From positions 77,823 through 109,822 of the forward strand of contig NZ_GL891988.1 of the NCBI RefSeq assembly GCF_000213555.1: 32,000 nt of DNA, read 5' to 3'. Under the pieces are notes generated by a model, which saw only the letters and a program-made list of their open reading frames with translations, ran no database searches and was not told where the DNA came from. The stretch is from Dysgonomonas gadei ATCC BAA-286. Lineage in GTDB: Bacteria; Bacteroidota; Bacteroidia; Bacteroidales; Dysgonomonadaceae. Within the stretch, counting starts at the first letter, position 1. The number at the start of each line of letters is the position of its first letter. Position numbers and translations under genes: made by a program. Positions 27,547-32,000 of this stretch are shown here, piece by piece.

Positions 27547-29751
27547 ATGAAAAAAACTTATTTGTTATTGGCCATTAGTTTGCTATTATCCAGCATAGTA
27601 TGCGGGCAAAGCATTGTGAAGCCATCAATTAATACGAAGACAACTTTTGCAATAATAATTGATAGTAAAAGCTATGCAGAAGCTAAAAAAGAAGTAGACG
27701 AATATAAGAAGATCATCGAGAATGATGGATTAGGTACATATATAATATCTCATACATGGACCAAGCCTGATGAGATACGCGAGATATTAATCAAACTATA
27801 TAATGATAAAGAAGCACCACTGGAGGGTACTGTTCTCGTTGGGGATATTCCAATTCCGATGCTACGCGATGCCCAGCATTTAACCTCAGCATTCAAAATG
27901 GACCAGAAACGAAACTGGCAACAGTCAAGCGTGCCTTCTGACAGGTTTTACGATGATTTTGGTTTAAAATTCGATTATCTAAAACAAGACTCGATAAAAT
28001 CTTTATACTTTTATTACTCACTTCGGCCAGACTCGGAACAAGTCCTTTCTTCTAATATTTATTCAGCACGAATAAGACCTCTTGAAAACGGTAAAACGGA
28101 TAAATACAGCCAGCTGCGAGCCTATCTGCAAAAAGTAGTAGATATACGTTCTTCTGAAAAAAGTAATATTATCGATAATCTGACTGTAGCACGAGGACAT
28201 GGATACAACTCAGAGTCGAGAGTAGCATGGTCGGGAGAACAACTTGCGTTAAAGGAGCAATTTCCTAATTTATTTGCTGCAAATAATTTTGTGAAATTTA
28301 TGGAGTTCGATTCTTATTGGCCAATGAAAGCTTATTGGCTGAACGAGGTCCAACGCCCTGATTTGGATGTAATGCTATTCCATCATCATGGATCGAATGA
28401 TTATCAGTATATAAACGGATATAAAGAGGGAAGCGATGTAAATACATCTAAAGAAAACATAAAGCTGTATCTACGAAGTAAAATCTCCGGTGCTGTAAAA
28501 AAAGGAAAGGATAAAGAAGAGACAATTGAGTATTATATGAAATCGTTAGATGTTCCCAGGTCTTGGTGCGAGGAGGCATTTGATCCGGCCATACTTGCCC
28601 AGGACTCCATATTGAATGATTCTCTGGATATTCTGGTAAGGGACATTTACACAATAACACCTAATGCGCGTTTTGTGATGTTTGATGCCTGCTACAACGG
28701 GTCGTTCTATGAAGATGAATACATTGCCGGCGCATATTTATTTAATAGTGGTAAAACCATCGTTACACAAGGAAATACAGTTAATACTATTCAGGATAAA
28801 TGGCCTGATGAATTTTTGGGCTTACTAAACAGTGGTATTCGCATCGGATTATGGGGGAAATATGTCCATTTTCTTGAAACGCATATCATCGGAGATCCAA
28901 CGTATCATTTTGCGAAGAATCTGAATTCGAATATCAATATTAATGAAGCGCTTACAATTCATAAGAATGATATCGCATACTGGAAGGAAGCATTATCGGA
29001 AGCAGATGCAGATATAAAAACAATAGCGCTACGTGTACTTTTTGATAACGATTATAAAAACATCTCAGATCTGTTGAAACAGACCTATTTCCAATCTCAG
29101 GATATGGTTATAAGACTTGAAGCCTTACAGTTATTGTCGAGAATGGATAATGATGATTTCATTGAGGTTTTAGCTGCAGCCATGTCAGACAGCTACGAAC
29201 TAACCCGCCGCTATGCAGCAGAATATATTGTAAAGAACGGATCGGAAAAGCTAATTTCATCTCTTGCGAAGGCTATATTGAACGATAATACCTCAAAACG
29301 TATAAACTTTAAAATCTCATCGGGGCTAAGAATGGTCAATCTCGAGAAACTGAAAGCAGAATTAGAATTACAAGCTGCAGGAAGACCATTTTACAGCAGT
29401 GATATGCTGGACAAAACGCTGAAAGAGATAGAATCTGTTCAGAAAAGTAAGGATAGTAGCCTTTCATTGATTACCAACACGGAGGAAAAGGCGAAGAACA
29501 GAATATTTGATATAACAAGATTCCGTAACCAGCCCGCATCGGATGGTATAGATACGTTATTGTCAATTGCTGCTGATACTGCGAACGAAAAGGCAATCCG
29601 TTCTGTAACGATAGAAGCGCTGGGATGGTTCAACTATTCATATAGAAAAGGATATCTTATTGAAAAGTTAAACGAAATTTTGTCTATTGAAAAAGACAGC
29701 GATTTAATCAATGAAACAACTAAAAGTATAAACAGACTAAAATCTAAATAA
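27547..29751 (+). CDS. Secreted protein: gingipain/C25-like (clan CD caspase-fold-like) N-terminal region fused to C-terminal HEAT repeats
   Basis: 734 aa with a signal peptide. C25 N-subdomain-like FAIIIDSKSY...GTVLVGDIPIP. His motifs RGHGYNSESRVAW (28198-28200) and LFHHHGS (28381-28395). Cys motif VMFDACYNGSFY (28690-28692). HEAT-like helices from about 28960 to the end. Confidence 0.6.
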   Translation: MKKTYLLLAISLLLSSIVCGQSIVKPSINTKTTFAIIIDSKSYAEAKKEVDEYKKIIENDGLGTYIISHTWTKPDEIREILIKLYNDKEAPLEGTVLVGDIPIPMLRDAQHLTSAFKMDQKRNWQQSSVPSDRFYDDFGLKFDYLKQDSIKSLYFYYSLRPDSEQVLSSNIYSARIRPLENGKTDKYSQLRAYLQKVVDIRSSEKSNIIDNLTVARGHGYNSESRVAWSGEQLALKEQFPNLFAANNFVKFMEFDSYWPMKAYWLNEVQRPDLDVMLFHHHGSNDYQYINGYKEGSDVNTSKENIKLYLRSKISGAVKKGKDKEETIEYYMKSLDVPRSWCEEAFDPAILAQDSILNDSLDILVRDIYTITPNARFVMFDACYNGSFYEDEYIAGAYLFNSGKTIVTQGNTVNTIQDKWPDEFLGLLNSGIRIGLWGKYVHFLETHIIGDPTYHFAKNLNSNININEALTIHKNDIAYWKEALSEADADIKTIALRVLFDNDYKNISDLLKQTYFQSQDMVIRLEALQLLSRMDNDDFIEVLAAAMSDSYELTRRYAAEYIVKNGSEKLISSLAKAILNDNTSKRINFKISSGLRMVNLEKLKAELELQAAGRPFYSSDMLDKTLKEIESVQKSKDSSLSLITNTEEKAKNRIFDITRFRNQPASDGIDTLLSIAADTANEKAIRSVTIEALGWFNYSYRKGYLIEKLNEILSIEKDSDLINETTKSINRLKSK

Positions 29752-29753
29752 AA

Positions 29754-30611
29754 ATGAAATATATCACAATATCTTTATTGACATTGCTTATTGTCATATT
29801 TGTAGGATGTAGTTCACAAAGAGTAAAGCCATCTGCAAATATAGTTTTCGATTCTTACGAGCAACATTTTATAGATTCAGTCTTACAGATTGGTCTTGAC
29901 AATGAGGCTTTGTTTACATTGTTAGGAGATCTAAAGCCAATGAGCTCGTTAGTTACATTCAATTATCCGATAGCGAATAATGATAGTACAAAGGTTTCAA
30001 GTTCTAAAATATTGGACAGATCTATTCATGGGAAATATCTGGATCGGTTGTACGCGATTGTGAAAGCTATAAACAAATCGAGCATTCCTGATCTTCAATT
30101 AGTGCTTATTCCATATCAAACCCCTCAAAAGAAAAACAGAATCTTACAATTAAGTGTTGTTAGAAAAAGTTCGCTGGACAGCTTATTGAAAGCTAAAGAA
30201 GAATTTTTTGGCCAGTTTGGATTAGTACCGGGGACCGATCCTAATGTAGTTGTCAGTACAATTGAATGTAGTGATAAATTTGAGAGGTGGAGAGGATACG
30301 GCTATCTTTTTGGCTATCCCGATTATGCTGTAGACTTCTTTATTAATGCATTTTTGGAAACTGAATCCACTGGTAAATTTGTGGAAAGAAACGCATTCAG
30401 AATACCTACATATTCTATGCCCGAAATGGGGAATTTTGTCTATACTTATCCCAAAGAACACACTCCTACAGCAGAAGTAGATTCGGCTATTTACTATAAA
30501 GGTGTGCATATTCTGGATAATTATAGGACATTGCGTAATAAATATATGAATGCAGACAGCACTGTACAATCTTACAAATTACTTCAGGATTTTTATAGAT
30601 CATCAAAATAA
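29754..30611 (+). CDS. Hypothetical lipoprotein (non-acidic post-Cys region, likely periplasm-facing)
   Basis: 285 aa. LIVIFVGC|SSQRVKPS. It starts 2 nt after the upstream stop. No family recognised. A conserved-looking patch is RWRGYGYLFGYPDYAVDFF. Confidence 0.6.
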   Translation: MKYITISLLTLLIVIFVGCSSQRVKPSANIVFDSYEQHFIDSVLQIGLDNEALFTLLGDLKPMSSLVTFNYPIANNDSTKVSSSKILDRSIHGKYLDRLYAIVKAINKSSIPDLQLVLIPYQTPQKKNRILQLSVVRKSSLDSLLKAKEEFFGQFGLVPGTDPNVVVSTIECSDKFERWRGYGYLFGYPDYAVDFFINAFLETESTGKFVERNAFRIPTYSMPEMGNFVYTYPKEHTPTAEVDSAIYYKGVHILDNYRTLRNKYMNADSTVQSYKLLQDFYRSSK

Positions 30612-30629
30612 ATAGAAGTTTGATTTTTG

Positions 30630-31934
30630 ATGAGCAAAGAAAAGATAACTAAGATCAGTGCTTATACTGGCATATCGATTGTTGTTGCGAATATGATTGG
30701 AACCGGGGCTTTCACAAGTCTCGGGTTTCAACTCGAAAGTATCACAAATACAGCCTCAATTATTACCCTATGGATACTTGGCGGCATATTGGCATTATGT
30801 GGAGCATTTAGCTATGCCGAGGTTGGAACTTTCTTTAAGAAATCGGGAGGTGAGTATACCTTTCTTTCCGGAATATATCATCCCGTAATAGGATATTTGT
30901 CCGGGTGGATATCGTTAACTGTAGGTTTTGCTGCTCCCATAGCATTGTCAGCTTTAGCTTTTACTGAATATTTTCCTGTCAAAACCGGGTATCCCCAAAT
31001 AATCTGTATTGCTCTCATTGCAATAATAACATTAATACATAGTCGTAATCTGAATTCAAGTTCTAAGTTTCAGAATATAACTACTTTTTTTAAAGTATTC
31101 TTAATTCTGGTTATTATACTGGTAGGAGTAATAGTCCCAACCGAACCTAATAATGCAATTAGTTTTGAATCGTCATATGTGAATGAAATTACATCAGCGA
31201 CATTTGCTGTTTCATTTATATATGTTACTTATTCTTATTCAGGGTGGAATGCTGCTGCATATATAACTGAAGAATTTAAAACCCCTCAAAGATCTCTACC
31301 TATTGCATTGATTGGAGGAACTTTAATTGTTACAATCTTATATACGTTGCTACAGATTACTTTCCTTAGTCATGTGCCCTTATCAGAATTAGTGGGGAAA
31401 TTGAATATTGGAACCATTACCAGTGAATATATGCTAGGACCCGGATTTGCGAAAATATTCAGCACCGGAATTTCACTTTTGCTTATTTCCGGTATTAGTG
31501 CTATGGTATGGGTTGGCCCCAGAGTTACAGCAAGTATATCTGAAAGACATCATCTATGGCGGTATTTTAAAAATAACTCAAAAGGAATTCCTGTAAAAGC
31601 GCTATGGTTGCAGTTCACTATTAGTTCTATATTAATTATTACCGGAACATTTAATCAAATAATGATTTATTGCGGTATATTGCTCACCTTCTCTTCTTTA
31701 TTGGTTATTGTGGGAGTGTTTATCTTAAGATATCGGAATAGAGGGAAGGTTATAGAAGGCTATAAGAGTCCATTTTTCCCTTTTTTTCAAATTATATTTG
31801 CAATAGTGGCTATCTGGATGATTGTATTCGCTTTCCTTAATAACACTTATGAGAGCTTAGCCGGATTAATAAATGTTATATTGGGATTGGCAACTTATTT
31901 TATTAAACCTAAGAAATGCCCGAATAAAATATAA
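30630..31934 (+). CDS. APC-superfamily amino acid permease
   Basis: ATG at 30630 (the TTG at 30627 is in frame). About 12 TM helices. N-terminal signature SIVVANMIGTGAFTSLGF and YAEVGTFFKKSGGEYTF. It starts 18 nt after the upstream lipoprotein gene. Confidence 0.85.
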   Translation: MSKEKITKISAYTGISIVVANMIGTGAFTSLGFQLESITNTASIITLWILGGILALCGAFSYAEVGTFFKKSGGEYTFLSGIYHPVIGYLSGWISLTVGFAAPIALSALAFTEYFPVKTGYPQIICIALIAIITLIHSRNLNSSSKFQNITTFFKVFLILVIILVGVIVPTEPNNAISFESSYVNEITSATFAVSFIYVTYSYSGWNAAAYITEEFKTPQRSLPIALIGGTLIVTILYTLLQITFLSHVPLSELVGKLNIGTITSEYMLGPGFAKIFSTGISLLLISGISAMVWVGPRVTASISERHHLWRYFKNNSKGIPVKALWLQFTISSILIITGTFNQIMIYCGILLTFSSLLVIVGVFILRYRNRGKVIEGYKSPFFPFFQIIFAIVAIWMIVFAFLNNTYESLAGLINVILGLATYFIKPKKCPNKI

Positions 31935-32000
31935 TCGGGAGTTCCTCCTAATAGTATTGTCGGATTGTAAGATTATGAGTTATAAAAAAGGAGGCCCAAT

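Noticed and set aside
343-30569. Numerous 60-150-aa ORFs antisense to or out of frame within large CDSs (e.g. 343-651, 2417-2848, 8984-9424, 10619-11059, 18158-18610, 22206-22556, 23938-24270, 30222-30569)
   Set aside because: Each is nested in a longer ORF with clear family motifs. They show no motifs of their own and have skewed composition, so they are treated as shadow ORFs.
7609-30611. Calling the two TonB-receptor clusters classical polysaccharide utilisation loci (SusC/SusD PULs)
   Set aside because: No SusD-like gene follows either receptor, and no glycoside hydrolase, lyase or esterase lies inside either cluster.
1-32000. Genomic island, prophage or defence-system interpretation
   Set aside because: I found no integrase, transposase, tRNA attachment site, phage structural gene, restriction-modification, toxin-antitoxin or nuclease/helicase defence hallmarks. 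The repeats lack demonstrable terminal inverted repeats or target-site duplications.

Overview
AT-rich chromosomal window that looks Bacteroidota-like. This is inferred from the ECF-sigma/FecR/TonB-receptor architecture, lipoproteins with Cys followed by acidic residues, and TAnnTTTG-like -7 boxes. I support 23 CDSs. I saw no rRNA, tRNA, CRISPR array, integrase or transposase. Left part: a truncated FucP/GluP-type sugar permease, an Ala-type alkyltransferase-like (ATL) protein, a GH97 plus NahK-like anomeric-kinase pair, and a secreted metallophosphoesterase. Middle: a divergent ECF sigma and FecR anti-sigma, an STN-domain TonB-dependent transducer and two orphan surface lipoproteins. After a 0.7-kb repeat-filled spacer comes a C11 clostripain-like lipoprotein. 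Next is a minus-strand stress block (DUF1304, glutathione peroxidase, pyrimidine-dimer glycosylase, TspO, SDR, AraC). Right part holds the best candidate for an undescribed system, a tightly packed SusD-less operon. It encodes a TonB-dependent receptor, a lamin-tail-like surface lipoprotein, a second outer-membrane beta-barrel, a C25/caspase-fold-like protein fused to HEAT repeats, another lipoprotein and an APC amino-acid permease. Two intergenic regions (about 1505-1908 and 15768-16283) carry a mosaic 'doubled-word' repeat family that shares a ~90-nt core. All functional names come from motif recognition by eye. No database search or computation was run, so family names such as DUF4876 and DUF6850 are recollections to be verified.
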